DNA from: Candidatus Poriferihabitaceae bacterium
GTDB lineage: Bacteria; Pseudomonadota; Gammaproteobacteria; Arenicellales; Poriferihabitantaceae
DNA length: 64,000 bases
Assembly (NCBI GenBank): GCA_965208975.1
Contig: CBDBQH010000003.1
Coordinates: 1,348,792-1,412,791, forward strand
Direction: 5' to 3'
Under the pieces are notes generated by a model, which had not been told where the DNA came from, did no database searches, and worked only from the letters and a program-made list of their open reading frames with translations. The translations under genes were made by a program, and so were the position numbers. Of this stretch, positions 9,154-19,716 are shown piece after piece. Position 1 is the stretch's first letter. Every line of letters begins with the position of its first letter.

Positions 9154-9854
9154 ATGAAATCTGTACCCCCCCCCCCCCCCCCCCCCCCGATATAAAGGGC
9201 AGAAATAAAACAGACTTACAGAAACGACAACGAATCATCAAAGGTCTGGCCGTTGGCGGACTAGCCGTTACGGCATGGCAGAAACCGATTGTAAACAGTG
9301 TGCTGTTGCCGGCTCATGCACAGCCATCAGGAAACACAACAGCAGACCCGGCAAACCCGTCCGGGCAGACAGGACAGACCGAGCAGGGACAAACCAATCA
9401 GGAGCAAACAGCCGTACCGCAACAAAACCAACAGCAACCAATAGGCAATCCCAATCATGACCGATTGGAGCCATTGCCAGCAGGGGAGACGCTTAACATC
9501 ACACCCCGCAACGCCGAGCAGTGCAGAACGATCCAGATAGTAAGATATGAACTTGCTGATCGGTATCGCAGTCCGGGACAGGTTGATAAAGACTACTGGA
9601 TCAAAATAACAGGGATACAAACGCCGACAAGCAGCACGCGCCCGGATCCGTTGGCTTTAAGATTAGTAGATATAAATTTTGGAACTGTAATCCCTTTAGA
9701 TACATCCATAGACTCGAGATCAGGCAATAAAAACGCGCATCCTGCCAAAGATTCGGGAATGTTCACGGCCTTTTTTCGTAACAGTGAATTCCGACTAGGG
9801 TATATACAATACAACATAAGGGACTTCACCCTTATTTGTGACGGGACGCGCTGA
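9154..9854 (+). CDS. secreted hypothetical protein whose ATG (9154) is out of frame with the body (frame of 9189-9854) because of a C23 tract; candidate phase-variable gene, OFF as sequenced
   Basis: RBS GGAG 9141-9144, ATG 9154, MKSV, then C23. The ATG frame stops at TAA 9193-9195. The downstream frame is open from 9138 to 9854 and encodes KRQRIIKGLAVGGLAVTAWQKPIVNSVLLPAHA/Q, a signal-peptide-like segment, before the GTG 9300 given in the ORF track. Confidence 0.6.
9166..9188 (+). repeat. homopolymeric C23 tract
   Basis: Counted directly: 5 C (9166-9170) + 10 C (9171-9180) + 8 C (9181-9188). Confidence 0.95.
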
Positions 9855-9914
9855 TAGCGGGTTTATCCAAGACAAGGGCTGGTGGTCGCCATCTGCTACC
9901 CTCTCCCGCGTCTG

Positions 9915-9942
9915 GCGGGCGGGCACAAGACCCGCCCCTACG
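9915..9942 (+). repeat. REP-like hairpin unit gcgggcgggcacaagacccgcccctacg (stem GGGCGGG/CCCGCCC)
   Basis: 28-nt sequence identical to 10064-10091. Confidence 0.85.
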
Positions 9943-10006
9943 ATAATGGGTGGCGCGGGAATGATGTTTCGGATTATGGATGTCGTGAATTGCAGATTCC
10001 ATATAT

Positions 10007-10034
10007 CGTAGGGGCGCCCCTTGTGGGTGCCCGC
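10007..10034 (-). repeat. REP-like unit, inverted-orientation variant (cgtaggggcgccccttgtgggtgcccgc)
   Basis: Its reverse complement, gcgggcacccacaaggggcgcccctacg, shares the GCGGGC...CACAAG...GCCCCTACG frame with the flanking units. Confidence 0.7.
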
Positions 10035-10063
10035 ATTATTTTCGTATACGGTCAATGACGGTT

Positions 10064-10091
10064 GCGGGCGGGCACAAGACCCGCCCCTACG
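10064..10091 (+). repeat. REP-like hairpin unit, second direct copy
   Basis: Identical to 9915-9942. Confidence 0.85.
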
Positions 10092-10138
10092 CAACATTCA
10101 ATCGCCGCACCCAAAGATCAAACAACATCTCACACGTC

Positions 10139-10180
10139 CCCCGTCATTCGTGGATTCCCGCCTTTGCGGGAATGACGGGA
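10139..10180. repeat. second type of extragenic palindrome (CCCGTCATTC...cccgcctttgcggg...GAATGACGGG)
   Basis: 10-bp outer arms at 10140-10149 and 10170-10179, with an inner cccgc/gcggg hairpin. The (a)ttcccgc...gcgggaat(g) core recurs in degenerate form near 25126-25150. Confidence 0.7.
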
Positions 10181-10465
10181 AAGGGGCGGGGGGCTGTATT
10201 CTGAGCGCACGTAGCGTTTGACTTCAGGTTGCCATGTGGTGTAGTGTTGAGGCTGATAGAAAACAGCAGCGCTGTCGTCTCTGATCCAAGCGTTGGTTGG
10301 ACAGAAATATCCGACTAACCGCGACAGCGTATGCTCCTCCCTCTCTGCCTTTCCCATCTACATGAACAAGTTTGTAATACTCATTGATGGCTTGATACCA
10401 AGCAGGAAAGACCTCAGTCATCCTTCTACCAGATCCAGTCAATTCAAACATATCGAGAATCCCGA

Positions 10466-10816
10466 ATGAAGCGTTACTCAAACATGATTATTACCGTCGC
10501 CGTAACCTTGGGCATTTCTGGATGCTCTACTGTCCCGGTTGTTCCATTCGATACCGATGGAAGCCGCTCCGATGGCATTGTCAAGATGGTCGCCCCCGTG
10601 GGGACATTTGATAGCGCGGAAACGATGATTGTTGATTGGGATGCCGCAGAACAAAGTGCCTCCCGTCGGTGCCGCCAATGGGGATACTCTGGAGTCGAAG
10701 CGTTTTCCGGGATAACAATCGAGTGTCTGGAAACGTCCTGCTACTCAAGTACCTACTATAGTAGCTGCGGTTGCTCACGGGAGCAGGTCACTCGGAACTA
10801 CCAGTGTATCGACTGA
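10466..10816 (+). CDS. yecR: YecR-family lipoprotein
   Basis: 116 aa. Lipobox LGISGC. Conserved blocks DGSRSDGIVKM, RRCRQWGYSGVEAFSG and C-terminal YQC, as in YecR-like lipoproteins. Confidence 0.7.
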   Translation: MKRYSNMIITVAVTLGISGCSTVPVVPFDTDGSRSDGIVKMVAPVGTFDSAETMIVDWDAAEQSASRRCRQWGYSGVEAFSGITIECLETSCYSSTYYSSCGCSREQVTRNYQCID

Positions 10817-10948
10817 CGGCTTGACCCCGGCACTGCCAACCCGATGAAGCGTGACCTGGAACTGGTCAAGAACGCCCCAGACTGACCGGCTACGAATGTC
10901 CACGCATCTGCCGTGGACTGATTGAAGAAGCCGGGCTGCTCTCTTCAA

Positions 10949-11833
10949 TCAACCCAAATCCTTCCTCGGCAATCGGGTGACCAGGCTTGAGGTGTCATGG
11001 CGGTTTCCACCGGCGGCCTGGATTTCGGCGTAGTATCCATCGACAATCCGGGTGACGGGCAGTTCCGAGTGGTTGCGCTCGGCCTCTTCCATACACAGAC
11101 CCAGATCCTTCCTCATCCAGTCCACCGCGAATCCGAACTCGAATTCATTATTCAACATGGTTTCATGTCGATTGATCATTTGCCATGACCCGGCCGCGCC
11201 CTTTGAGATGACATCGAAAACCTTCATGCCGTCCAGACCCGCATTGACGCCAAAAGCCAGTCCCTCGGACAATCCCTGAACCAGTCCGGCAATGCAGATC
11301 TGGTTTACCATCTTGGTCAGCTGGCCGGAGCCGGCCCCGCCCATCAGCAATGCGGAGCGGGCAAAACAGTCAATCAATGGTCTGGCGCGATCAAACACGG
11401 CCTGATCACCGCCGACCATCACCGTCAATATCCCGTTTTCGGCGCCCGCCTGCCCGCCGGAAACCGGAGCGTCGAGAAAGCCGAAATCATTTTTCCCGGC
11501 ATGGTCGTACAGTTCCCGCGCGATATTGGCGGAAGCGGTTGTGTGATCAATAAAAACCGCGCCGGGGCGGATTGAATGGAATGCGCCATCCGCGCCGGTG
11601 GTTACGCTACGCAGGTCATCATCATTACCCACACAGCAAAACACGAAATCCGCGTCTGCCGCGGCCAGGGCCGGGGTCAACGCATGGGCGCCGCCATATT
11701 CAGCAACCCATTTCTCGGCTTTTGCGGTTGTCCGGTTATAAACACAAACCGAATGGCCGGCGGTTGCCAGATGCCCGGCCATTGGGTAACCCATAACGCC
11801 AAGACCAATAAAAGAGACTTTGATGTTGTTCAT
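10949..11833 (-). CDS. NAD(P)-dependent beta-hydroxyacid dehydrogenase (3-hydroxyisobutyrate dehydrogenase family)
   Basis: 294 aa. N-terminal FIGLGVMGYPMAGHL Rossmann motif, DAPVSGG and the GAGSGQLTKMVNQ block. Confidence 0.85.
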   Translation of the reverse strand: MNNIKVSFIGLGVMGYPMAGHLATAGHSVCVYNRTTAKAEKWVAEYGGAHALTPALAAADADFVFCCVGNDDDLRSVTTGADGAFHSIRPGAVFIDHTTASANIARELYDHAGKNDFGFLDAPVSGGQAGAENGILTVMVGGDQAVFDRARPLIDCFARSALLMGGAGSGQLTKMVNQICIAGLVQGLSEGLAFGVNAGLDGMKVFDVISKGAAGSWQMINRHETMLNNEFEFGFAVDWMRKDLGLCMEEAERNHSELPVTRIVDGYYAEIQAAGGNRHDTSSLVTRLPRKDLG

Positions 11834-11934
11834 GTCAAAAATTTATTTCAATACAAAAGGGCGGTGACGATAACCTAATTGGTGACAGGAAACAATCGAA
11901 ACAGGATTGGATGCGGGAATCCGGAACCGCCTCG

Positions 11935-13002
11935 TCAAACCCTTCGGAGCAGTACAAGCGCCCCGAGCAGGAACGCCGCAACGGGAACGGTGGCGCCCAG
12001 CAAGGGAGGTAAATTGCTGGCGAGGACAAAGTGGCCGAAGCCGTTGTTGACGACATAAAAGCCGATGCCAAGCATGATTCCGATAAACAGATTCCTTTCC
12101 AGGCTGCCGGAGCGTACATTTACGAAAACAAACGGAATGGCCAGAATGACCATCATTGCCGTGGCAAGCGGCAGCATGATCTTGTTCCAGAACGCAAGCT
12201 CGTAGAGATCGGTTTTTTGCTGGTTATTGTCGAGATGCCGGATATAGTGGTTCAGCTGAATCAATGAGAGTTGCTCCGGCTTGATCAAAAATACGGACAG
12301 GATTTTTGGCGTAACCTGCGAGTCCCATTTGGCGGAATCAGAAGCTGAGGTTTCCGCCTTGCCTGAGTCTGAGTCAATCCGGGTGACCTTAACGTTGTCC
12401 AGTATCCACTGATTCTCGATGAAAGCGCCTTTCCCGGCGCCAACCAGCAATTCCAGTTTTCTGTTTTGATCGAAGTGGAACAATTTGATTTTCAGCAGCG
12501 TCAGGTCTGGCAGTATTTCATGGATGTTTACGTAGGTTTGTGAGTCGCGCATCCACAGGCCGGTGGCGGTATGCTGCTTGATATCCTGTTGCATGGCCTC
12601 CGCCCGCCCCCGCTGCGCCCGGGTTTCTGTCCAGGGAGAAACCAGTTCACCGATCAAAATAGCCGCGACCATGAAAAATGCCCCGGTTTTCAGTGACGCC
12701 ATGGTGATCTGGAAAATTGAAATCCCGCTGGCGCGCATCACCACTAACTCTGAACCATTGGCCAGTATGGACAGTCCGATGATTGTGCCGAGCAATGCCG
12801 CCATCGGAAACAGTTCGTAAATCATGCGCGGGATGGTCAGGGCGATGTATAGAAGAGCGGCTTTCAGGTCGTAATTCCCTTCCCCCAGACTGGCAAGCTC
12901 GTCCAGAAAATTGACAAGCGTGAACAGTCCGATTAATACCAGCAGGGAAAGGATGGCATATTGAAAAATGATCCATCCGAGATAGCGATTGAGAATCGAC
13001 AT
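11935..13002 (-). CDS. lptG: LPS export ABC transporter permease LptG
   Basis: 355-aa membrane protein. Second gene of the lptF-lptG pair divergent from pepA (conserved synteny). N-terminus MSILNRYLG... Confidence 0.9.
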   Translation of the reverse strand: MSILNRYLGWIIFQYAILSLLVLIGLFTLVNFLDELASLGEGNYDLKAALLYIALTIPRMIYELFPMAALLGTIIGLSILANGSELVVMRASGISIFQITMASLKTGAFFMVAAILIGELVSPWTETRAQRGRAEAMQQDIKQHTATGLWMRDSQTYVNIHEILPDLTLLKIKLFHFDQNRKLELLVGAGKGAFIENQWILDNVKVTRIDSDSGKAETSASDSAKWDSQVTPKILSVFLIKPEQLSLIQLNHYIRHLDNNQQKTDLYELAFWNKIMLPLATAMMVILAIPFVFVNVRSGSLERNLFIGIMLGIGFYVVNNGFGHFVLASNLPPLLGATVPVAAFLLGALVLLRRV

Positions 13003-14105
13003 CAGGTTTTCAATCCCGGTAGTAGTCTCAGATTACGTCTGCGTCTCGCGAAGAAGTAAACGGCAGCCGTCAGGAACAGCAGATGAATAGCCCACAGGGA
13101 AAGATTCGGGTGCAGCGCCTCGCGTCTTATCAGGGCGACTCCCGCTCCCATCATGTTGAAGTACGCAAAATAGACCAGTAATGCCGGAATCATTCCGGGG
13201 AATCGCTTTTTCCTGTAGGTTTGGCTCGAAAAGCAAAGCGCAAAAATCATTAAAATCGGCAACATGATAATCTTCGCGATTCGCCAGTGGAGTTCACCGG
13301 CAGCCGCTCGCTGGTGTCCTGATTGTCCTGATTGTTCAATCAGGGTAGTCACAGGGCGGGCCTTGACCGGCAAACCGATGCGAGCGGCGCTTGGCCGGGT
13401 TTTCAGTCGGAGGGAGTAAGACTCAAAATCCAGCAACGTGTACTGATCGTCCTCGGCGGCGATGCTGTATCGCGAGCCATCGTCAAGCGCCAGAAAATCG
13501 GCATTGGTTTGCGCGTCTGTTGCTCTGCGCCCGGTTGTCGCCACAACCACATCGTCCTGATTCTCACCTGCGGTATAAATAAAGATATTCCTGGATTCGC
13601 TGGTTTGCGCGTTATGGCTTTCCACGAAATAAACACCGTTACCCCGTTTGGTTTCGACAAATACGCCAGGGACAATGTTTGTCATGTCAGAACGGTTTTT
13701 ATCGGTGAACTCCATGACATGCACGGTTTTGGCCGCCAGTGGTGAAAGATAGAGTGATAATACGGCTACCACGGAACCGACGATGGCAAACAACACAACG
13801 AGCGGACGCAAAAATGCGCTCATACCGCCCCCGCAGGCATTGATCACCGTGAGTTCGTTATCGCGGATCCATCTGCCCATGACCAGCAAGGTGGAAATAT
13901 AGATCACCAATGGTACAATCAGGTCAAGGTAGGTGATCAGTTTAAGCAATAGCAAAACCAGGACCCGGTCCATGGCAATGCTTCCCGCGGCGGCCTGATC
14001 CAGCAAGCCAACGAGACGGACGACGAAAAATATTGAAATCAGGATAGTGGCAACCCCGGCGCAGGTTTGCAAAACCTCGCGGACGAAGGCCCGATGGATA
14101 ATCAT
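13002..14105 (-). CDS. lptF: LPS export ABC transporter permease LptF
   Basis: 367-aa membrane protein. Its stop overlaps the lptG start at 13002. Divergent from pepA. Confidence 0.9.
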   Translation of the reverse strand: MIIHRAFVREVLQTCAGVATILISIFFVVRLVGLLDQAAAGSIAMDRVLVLLLLKLITYLDLIVPLVIYISTLLVMGRWIRDNELTVINACGGGMSAFLRPLVVLFAIVGSVVAVLSLYLSPLAAKTVHVMEFTDKNRSDMTNIVPGVFVETKRGNGVYFVESHNAQTSESRNIFIYTAGENQDDVVVATTGRRATDAQTNADFLALDDGSRYSIAAEDDQYTLLDFESYSLRLKTRPSAARIGLPVKARPVTTLIEQSGQSGHQRAAAGELHWRIAKIIMLPILMIFALCFSSQTYRKKRFPGMIPALLVYFAYFNMMGAGVALIRREALHPNLSLWAIHLLFLTAAVYFFARRRRNLRLLPGLKT

Positions 14106-14181
14106 GCGGGTTTTATAATGATAGAATCATGTTGATCAACAGACTGCTCTATTTTACGTAATATCAACCGAGACGTTAAAT

Positions 14182-15669
14182 ATGGATTTCTCTGCAAAAG
14201 CCCTGAGTCTGACCAGACAGCCTTCACCTTGCATTGTTGCAGGTGTTTTTGATGCGAGCAAGCCCGTATTGTCGCCTTCTGCCAGGATTCTTGATAAGGC
14301 GACCGGCAAACAGCTCAGCAAACTGCTTGCCCAGGGCGACCTGTCGGGAAAGCCCGGCTCTACACTGATGGTTTATGAGCCGCGGGGAATCGGCGCCAAA
14401 AGGATATTGTTGCTCGGTCTTGGCAAGAAGGACGAGGTGACGAACCCGGTCATGCGCAAGGCCGTGGTTGCGGCTATTCGGCGACTGGACAGAGGGAATA
14501 TAAAGACCGCAGATCTGGCCTTGCTTGATACGGTCAGTGATAATCCGGAGGTGACTCGCCGCACCAGGAGCCTGATTGAGGCGATTGACGCGGCGCTCTA
14601 TCGCTATAGTGAAACAAAAAGCGGCAAGGAAAAGGCGCGCACATTGAAGAAAGTGAATATCATCGCCGGGCGGGAGGAGCTGGTGGCGGCGAAACAGGGC
14701 GTTATCGAGGGCGTGGCGCTGGCCAATGGCGTTCGTTATTGCCGGACGATTTCGGATCTGCCCGGCAATATATGTACTCCCGGGTATCTGGCCCGTCGGG
14801 CGAAAGAGTTACAGAAAACCCATAAAATCAAAACCACTGTGCTCGATGAAGTACAGATGAAGCGATTGAAAATGGGGTCGCTGCTGTCGGTATCCAGAGG
14901 TAGCCGGGAACCGGCGAAATTGATTGTGATGGAGTATCGGGGAGGAGCTTCCGCAGACAACCCGGTGGTTTTGATCGGCAAGGGACTGACCTTCGACGCT
15001 GGAGGAATATCGATCAAGCCAGCTGCCGCCATGGATGAAATGAAGTACGACATGTGTGGTGGCGCCAGTGTATTCGGAGCGCTAATCGCCGTGTCGGAGA
15101 TGGAACTGCCAATCAACGTGGTCGGAATCATCCCGAGCAGCGAAAATCTGCCAGACGGCGCCGCCAACAAACCGGGCGATATTGTCACGAGCATGTCCGG
15201 GACTACCATAGAAATACTCAATACCGATGCCGAAGGTCGTCTGATTCTGTGTGACGCGATGACTTATGCACAGCGCTATGAACCGGCGGCCGTGGTGGAT
15301 ATTGCCACCCTGACCGGGGCTTGTATTATTGCTCTGGGCCATCACGCGAGCGGATTGTTCAGTAACAGTGACCAGTTGGCCGAACAGTTGCTGAACGCGG
15401 GAGAAGAGGCCGGGGATCGGGCCTGGCGGTTACCGCTTTGGGAAGATTACTCGAAGCAGTTGAAAAGCAATTTTGCGGATCTGGCCAATATCGGTGGCCG
15501 TAGCGCGGGTTCTGTGACCGCGGCCTGCTTTTTGAAACACTTTGCCGGAAAGTATGACTGGGCCCATCTGGATGTTGCGGGAACGGCCTGGAAGTCAGCC
15601 GACCCCAAGGGCGCCACCGGCCGGCCGGTGCCCTTGCTGGTCGAGTTTTTGATGGCTCGCGCCAGATAG
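14182..15669 (+). CDS. pepA: leucyl aminopeptidase (M17)
   Basis: 495 aa. M17 signature NTDAEGRLILCD and the VLIGKGLTFDAGGISIKP block. Confidence 0.95.
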   Translation: MDFSAKALSLTRQPSPCIVAGVFDASKPVLSPSARILDKATGKQLSKLLAQGDLSGKPGSTLMVYEPRGIGAKRILLLGLGKKDEVTNPVMRKAVVAAIRRLDRGNIKTADLALLDTVSDNPEVTRRTRSLIEAIDAALYRYSETKSGKEKARTLKKVNIIAGREELVAAKQGVIEGVALANGVRYCRTISDLPGNICTPGYLARRAKELQKTHKIKTTVLDEVQMKRLKMGSLLSVSRGSREPAKLIVMEYRGGASADNPVVLIGKGLTFDAGGISIKPAAAMDEMKYDMCGGASVFGALIAVSEMELPINVVGIIPSSENLPDGAANKPGDIVTSMSGTTIEILNTDAEGRLILCDAMTYAQRYEPAAVVDIATLTGACIIALGHHASGLFSNSDQLAEQLLNAGEEAGDRAWRLPLWEDYSKQLKSNFADLANIGGRSAGSVTAACFLKHFAGKYDWAHLDVAGTAWKSADPKGATGRPVPLLVEFLMARAR

Positions 15670-15700
15670 TGTCCGGTTGGCGCCATCATTCATAGCGGTC

Positions 15701-16156
15701 ATGCAGCAGGTGAATTTTCATATTTTGGAAAATGAGGATTACAGCGGAAAGCTGCGCTATGCCTGCCGTCTTGTGCGCGAAGCATACAGACAGGGTATGA
15801 AGGTGAATATCCGCACCTCAAGTCCCGACCAGAGCAGTCAGCTGGATGCCATGTTGTGGACATTTTCCCAGGGCAGTTTTATCCCCCATGCGATCATTGG
15901 CCCCGAGCGCCTCAAGCGGGAGGATTACCCGGTGCAACTGGGTGAAAATGTCGGCGCCGCGCCGCGCGAAGACGAAACGGTGGATATGCTTGTCAATTTG
16001 TGTCAGCAACCCTGCCCGCGACCGGAGCAATATGCCCGTGTTGATGAAGTGGTTTGCTCGGAGCCGGCGGACAAGCAGGCGGCGCGCGACCGTTTCCGGG
16101 ATTATCGCAGCCAGGGCATTGAGCCGGACACCCGGCGAATTTCTTCGATCACGTGA
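15701..16156 (+). CDS. holC: DNA polymerase III chi subunit
   Basis: MQQVNFHIL... N-terminus typical of HolC, in the pepA-holC-valS position. The ATG at 15701 is preferred over the upstream TTG 15677 of the ORF track. Confidence 0.85.
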   Translation: MQQVNFHILENEDYSGKLRYACRLVREAYRQGMKVNIRTSSPDQSSQLDAMLWTFSQGSFIPHAIIGPERLKREDYPVQLGENVGAAPREDETVDMLVNLCQQPCPRPEQYARVDEVVCSEPADKQAARDRFRDYRSQGIEPDTRRISSIT

Positions 16157-19029
16157 CCGTCGACAAGTCCTACAATCCTCAACAGGTCGAAACCAGATGG
16201 TATAACCACTGGGAAGAGGCCGGGTACTTTGCGCCTTCAGGCCATGCTGCCGATCCGTACTGCATCGTCATTCCCCCGCCCAATGTCACTGGCAGTCTGC
16301 ACATGGGGCATGCGTTTCAGGATACGATCATGGATGCCCTGATTCGTTACCATCGCATGCTGGGCGACAATACGCTTTGGCAGCCGGGTATGGACCATGC
16401 GGGTATTGCGACCCAGATGGTGGTTGAACGACTGATCAATGCACAAGGCCAGACTCGCCATGACTACGGTCGGGAGAAGTTCATCGAGAGGGTCTGGCAA
16501 TGGAAGAATGAGTCCGGCGGTATGATTACCCGCCAGCTGCGGCGGATGGGGGCTTCGGCGGACTGGAAGCATGAACGGTTCACCATGGACCCCGGATTGA
16601 GCCGCGCGGTCAGTGAGGTATTCGTGCAGCTTTATGACGAAGGGATTATCTATCGCGGCAAACGGCTGGTAAACTGGGATCCGGTCCTGCATACGGCCTT
16701 GTCCGATCTTGAAGTCCTGTCCGCGGAGGAAGACGGCAGTTTGTGGCATTTGCGTTATCCGATTGTGGAGGAAGACGGCTGGCTTACGGTCGCCACCACG
16801 CGCCCTGAGACCATGCTGGGTGATAGCGCGGTTGCGGTGCACCCGGATGATGAGAAATACAGGGCGTTGATCGGAAAATGGGTCGAGCTGCCATTGACCG
16901 GGCGCCGGATACCGATCATCGCCGATCATCATGTGGATCCCGGTTTCGGTTCCGGTTGTCTAAAGATTACCCCGGCCCATGATTTCAATGACTATCAGGT
17001 CTGGACCCGGCACCGCGAGACCCCGGCAATCCGTGAGCAGGTCCACCAGGGACTGATCAATGTGTTCACGGCGGATGCGGGCATACGGGAGAATATCAAC
17101 GACCGGAATTTGCGCGAAGGCGAATTGATTCCAGCGAATTATGTCGGTCTGGATCGGTTTGCCGCCAGGGACGCGATTGTCGCTGATCTCCGGCGCCAGG
17201 GGCTGCTGGAGCGGATAGACGATCATCAGCTGATGGTTCCGAGAGGGGACCGCTCCGGGGCGGTGGTTGAACCGTTCCTGACGGATCAGTGGTATGTCGA
17301 TCTGACCCGACAAACGCTGGATGATGGCCGCCCGGGAGGAAAGGCGCGGATCGTCGCGCCGTCAATTGAGGCGGTGAGAAGCGGGGCCATTGAATTTGTG
17401 CCGTCGAACTGGAGCAAGACCTGGTTTCAATGGATGGAGAATATCGAAGACTGGTGCATTTCTCGTCAAATATGGTGGGGGCACAGGATTCCGGCATGGT
17501 ATGACGAGAGCGGAAATATTTTTGTGGGTATGGATGAGTCGGCTGTCCGGGCGAAATACCATATTGCGGATGAGGTTGAATTGCGGCAGGACGAAGATGT
17601 GCTCGATACCTGGTTTAGTTCAGCGTTATGGCCCTTCTCTACACTGGGATGGCCTTCAACCACAGAACGGCTGAATACGTTTTATCCAACCAGCGTACTG
17701 GTTACGGGTTTTGACATCATATTTTTCTGGGTGGCCCGGATGATCATGTTTGGAATGCGTTTCATGGGAGAGATTCCGTTTCATCAGGTCTATATTCATG
17801 GTTTGATTCGTGATTCGCACGGGCAGAAAATGTCGAAGTCCAAGGGCAATGTGCTGGACCCGATTGACCTGATCGATGGTATCGAGCTTGAGCCATTGGT
17901 GCAGAAGCGAATACAGGGCATGATGCAGCCCCACCTGCGGGAAAGGATCGAGCGCCAGACACGCCAGGACTTCCCGCAAGGGATACCGGGGTTTGGTACG
18001 GATGCCCTGCGTTTCACATTCATGGCCCTGGCGTCGCATGGACGTGACATCAATTTCGATCTCGGCAGGATTGAGGGTTACCGCAATTTCTGCAACAAAA
18101 TCTGGAATGCGGCCCGTTTCGTATTGATCAATACGCAAGGAAAAAACTGTGGCCGGAATGGCGGTGATGTGATGCTGTCGATGATCGACAGATGGATGAT
18201 ATCGCAGTTACAGCGCAGCGAGAAGAAAGTGCGCGAATTCATGGAGAACTACCGTTTTGATCGGGTTGCCCAGGAAATCCACGACCTGATCTGGAACAAA
18301 TACTGCGGCTGGTATCTGGAGCTCAGCAAGCCGGTACTGAACAGCCCGGACAGCGCCCCGGCGTTGCAGACCGGCAGCCGACGAACACTGGTCCGCGCGC
18401 TGGAGGCGATTTTGCGTCTGCTTCATCCGATCATGCCGTTTATTACCGAGGAAATCTGGCAGCAGGTTGCGCCTTTGGCGGACAAGGCGGGCGAAACCAT
18501 CATGACCCAGCCTTACCCCCGGTGCGATGAGTCCCGGATTGACCACGATGCGGAACAAGAAATGGACTGGGTCATGCAATTCATCCTCGGCATTCGGAAA
18601 ATCAGGGGTGAAATGGACGTTGCGCCTGGTCAATACGTGCCGGTTCTGTTGGTCGGGGCCACGAGCCGGGATGTGGAAATGCTGGAGAGGCATCGCAGGT
18701 TGCTGGATGCCGGTGGCAAAATCGAAAGTATTGATGCGCTTGGGGAATCGGATGATGAGCCCGAGTCGGCGGTGGTTGTCACGGGCGGGATGAGGATATT
18801 GATTCCTCTTGCCGGGCTGATTGACAAGCGGGCGGAGATAGAGCGTCTGGGCAAGCAGGCACAGCAGCTGGACAGTGAGCTTGCACGGGTCAGGGGAAAG
18901 CTTGAAAACGAACAGTTTGTCGCCAGAGCGCCGGCGCACATTGTCGAGAAAGAGCGACAAAAACGGATTGATCTGGAGTCGAAATGCCGAGCCGTCAAAC
19001 AGCAGCTGGAAAAAATATCTTCCCTTTAG
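16153..19029 (+). CDS. valS: valine--tRNA ligase
   Basis: 958 aa. HIGH-type [13 protein letters not shown] and the KMSKS motif. GTG start overlaps the holC stop (GTGA). Confidence 0.97.
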   Translation: MTVDKSYNPQQVETRWYNHWEEAGYFAPSGHAADPYCIVIPPPNVTGSLHMGHAFQDTIMDALIRYHRMLGDNTLWQPGMDHAGIATQMVVERLINAQGQTRHDYGREKFIERVWQWKNESGGMITRQLRRMGASADWKHERFTMDPGLSRAVSEVFVQLYDEGIIYRGKRLVNWDPVLHTALSDLEVLSAEEDGSLWHLRYPIVEEDGWLTVATTRPETMLGDSAVAVHPDDEKYRALIGKWVELPLTGRRIPIIADHHVDPGFGSGCLKITPAHDFNDYQVWTRHRETPAIREQVHQGLINVFTADAGIRENINDRNLREGELIPANYVGLDRFAARDAIVADLRRQGLLERIDDHQLMVPRGDRSGAVVEPFLTDQWYVDLTRQTLDDGRPGGKARIVAPSIEAVRSGAIEFVPSNWSKTWFQWMENIEDWCISRQIWWGHRIPAWYDESGNIFVGMDESAVRAKYHIADEVELRQDEDVLDTWFSSALWPFSTLGWPSTTERLNTFYPTSVLVTGFDIIFFWVARMIMFGMRFMGEIPFHQVYIHGLIRDSHGQKMSKSKGNVLDPIDLIDGIELEPLVQKRIQGMMQPHLRERIERQTRQDFPQGIPGFGTDALRFTFMALASHGRDINFDLGRIEGYRNFCNKIWNAARFVLINTQGKNCGRNGGDVMLSMIDRWMISQLQRSEKKVREFMENYRFDRVAQEIHDLIWNKYCGWYLELSKPVLNSPDSAPALQTGSRRTLVRALEAILRLLHPIMPFITEEIWQQVAPLADKAGETIMTQPYPRCDESRIDHDAEQEMDWVMQFILGIRKIRGEMDVAPGQYVPVLLVGATSRDVEMLERHRRLLDAGGKIESIDALGESDDEPESAVVVTGGMRILIPLAGLIDKRAEIERLGKQAQQLDSELARVRGKLENEQFVARAPAHIVEKERQKRIDLESKCRAVKQQLEKISSL

Positions 19030-19166
19030 AAATGCGGAGGCGATACCCATACTCATCTGGTTGTGTGACATCGAATCACCGAACCAGATTGATGGATAGG
19101 AAACCGGCTGTGAACAGGGTAAGATTTGAACCCGGATATTTCATTGGTTGATCGGTAGATCTGAAC

Positions 19167-19691
19167 ATGAATTCGAGCCTTAACAAAAGCCGGTACAGCA
19201 AGGAAGACCTGCTGGCCTGTGGTCGTGGTGAGTTGTTTGGCGCGGGTAACGCACAGTTGCCCCTGCCGAATATGTTGATGTTCGACCGCATCACTCATAT
19301 TGACGGAGATGGCGGCAAATTCGGCAAGGGATGTGTGATTGCCGAGCTGGATATTGTTCCGGATCTGTGGTTTTTTAACTGTCATTTTGAAGGAGACCCG
19401 GTCATGCCGGGGTGTCTGGGCCTGGACGCGCTGTGGCAATTAGTCGGATTTTCTCTGGGATGGAGGGGCGGTAAGGGGCATGGCCGGGCGCTCGGTTCCG
19501 GTGAAACCCGGTTCAGTGGCCAGATAACCCCCGCCAATGAACGGGTGACCTATAGAATTGACTTGAAGCGGGTGATCATGCGCAGTCTGGTGATGGGAAT
19601 TGCAGATGGAGAGGTCCTGGTGGATGGCAAGCAGGTCTATGTTTGCAAGGGCTTGCGAGTGGGTTTGTTTCAAAATGTGGAGTCATTTTGA
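19167..19691 (+). CDS. fabA: 3-hydroxydecanoyl-ACP dehydratase/isomerase
   Basis: 174 aa, colinear with FabA ([30 protein letters not shown] with the active-site His). Confidence 0.95.
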   Translation: MNSSLNKSRYSKEDLLACGRGELFGAGNAQLPLPNMLMFDRITHIDGDGGKFGKGCVIAELDIVPDLWFFNCHFEGDPVMPGCLGLDALWQLVGFSLGWRGGKGHGRALGSGETRFSGQITPANERVTYRIDLKRVIMRSLVMGIADGEVLVDGKQVYVCKGLRVGLFQNVESF

Positions 19692-19716
19692 GTGGTTAAA
19701 GTGTGGTGAGTTTTAG

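Noticed and set aside
9300-9854. GTG 9300 as the genuine start of the 184-aa ORF given in the track
   Set aside because: The same frame is open upstream to 9138. It encodes a signal-peptide-like segment that a 9300 start would remove. A proper RBS and ATG exist at 9141-9156, one frame off, across the C23 tract.
9795-10481. ORFs 9795-10097(-), 10021-10221(+), 10130-10357(-) and 10224-10481(-)
   Set aside because: The first three translate REP-like palindromes (the …VGAGLVPARQ… and …DSRLCGNDG… type peptides typical of such repeats). The last overlaps the yecR start and shows a frame break against 10130-10357. It may be a decayed gene remnant, but no family was recognised.
16237-19071. Long antisense ORFs inside valS (for example 16237-16932 and 18208-19071) and similar ones inside nuoD/F/G/H/L, clpX, tig and frmA
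   Set aside because: These are typical stop-poor shadow frames of G+C-rich coding DNA. Each is fully contained in a gene with unambiguous motifs on the other strand.
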